This document shows positions 63,725-64,000 of a DNA stretch of 64,000 nt, in pieces (the stretch's first letter is position 1; every line of letters begins with the position of its first letter). The notes beneath the pieces are model-generated. The model worked only from the letters and a program-made list of their open reading frames with translations, was not told the DNA's origin and made no database searches. This stretch comes from Callorhinchus milii. Taxonomy: Eukaryota. The stretch is taken from the NCBI RefSeq assembly GCF_018977255.1, contig NW_024704742.1, positions 12,216,001 to 12,280,000 on the forward strand, read 5' to 3'. The position numbers and the translations under genes are program-made.

Positions 63725-64000
63725 TAATAATAATAAACCTTGCATTTGATATAGCGCTTTTCACATCGGGAGGACGTCCCAGGCGCTGTACAGTTGGGTC
63801 AGGACCCGAGCAAGGGGGAGGAAAGGTAGAGTTGGGTGTCATCCGCATATATGTGGAAGTTAACCCCATGTCTGCGGATGATGTCACCAAGGGGGAGCAT
63901 ATAGAGGGTGAAGAGGAGGGGACCGAGGACAGAGCCTTGAGGGACACCGCACGAGACAGTGCGGGGGCCGGAGGAAAAACCATTTGTGGAGACAAAGTGA
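63725..64000 (-). mobile_element. Internally deleted L2 carrying a SINE-type tail
   Basis: RT segment fused to the last part of the L2 3' UTR, then AAAAGCGCTATATCAAATGCAAGG(TTA)n. Confidence 0.85.

Noticed and set aside
1..64000. CRISPR array, operon or prokaryotic defence system
   Set aside because: No regular repeat-spacer structure. The sequence is intron-rich vertebrate DNA.

Overview
This is vertebrate genomic DNA, most likely from a cartilaginous fish (chimaera/elephant-shark-like), inferred from its L2, CR1, tRNA-head Deu-type SINE and Penelope-like repeats. It is not prokaryotic. The only supportable host gene is the 5' part of a + strand ABCA1/ABCA4/ABCA7-subfamily lipid transporter. 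It has 10 coding exons from 16653 to 62254 (1412 nt, about 470 aa), all GT-AG and phase-consistent, covering the N-terminus, TM1 and most of extracellular domain 1 (ECD1); the gene runs off the window. The protein looks like a divergent paralog. It has no recognisable equivalents of two ECD1 exons, lacks the WYEDNNY loop, and has an acidic rather than basic 'gateway' segment. The rest of the window is dense retroposon DNA plus a 4-kb CA-rich compound repeat just upstream of the gene. Notable details: a Penelope-like fragment with a minimal hammerhead ribozyme and inverted repeat, an L2 with a twin-priming-type inversion, an L2 inserted inside the first coding splice donor, L2/SINE tail chimeras, a SINE-bounded 12-kb-offset duplication, and a repeat packed with let-7 seed matches. 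Repeat boundaries are approximate and read by eye. Comparisons to human ABCA genes are from recall.
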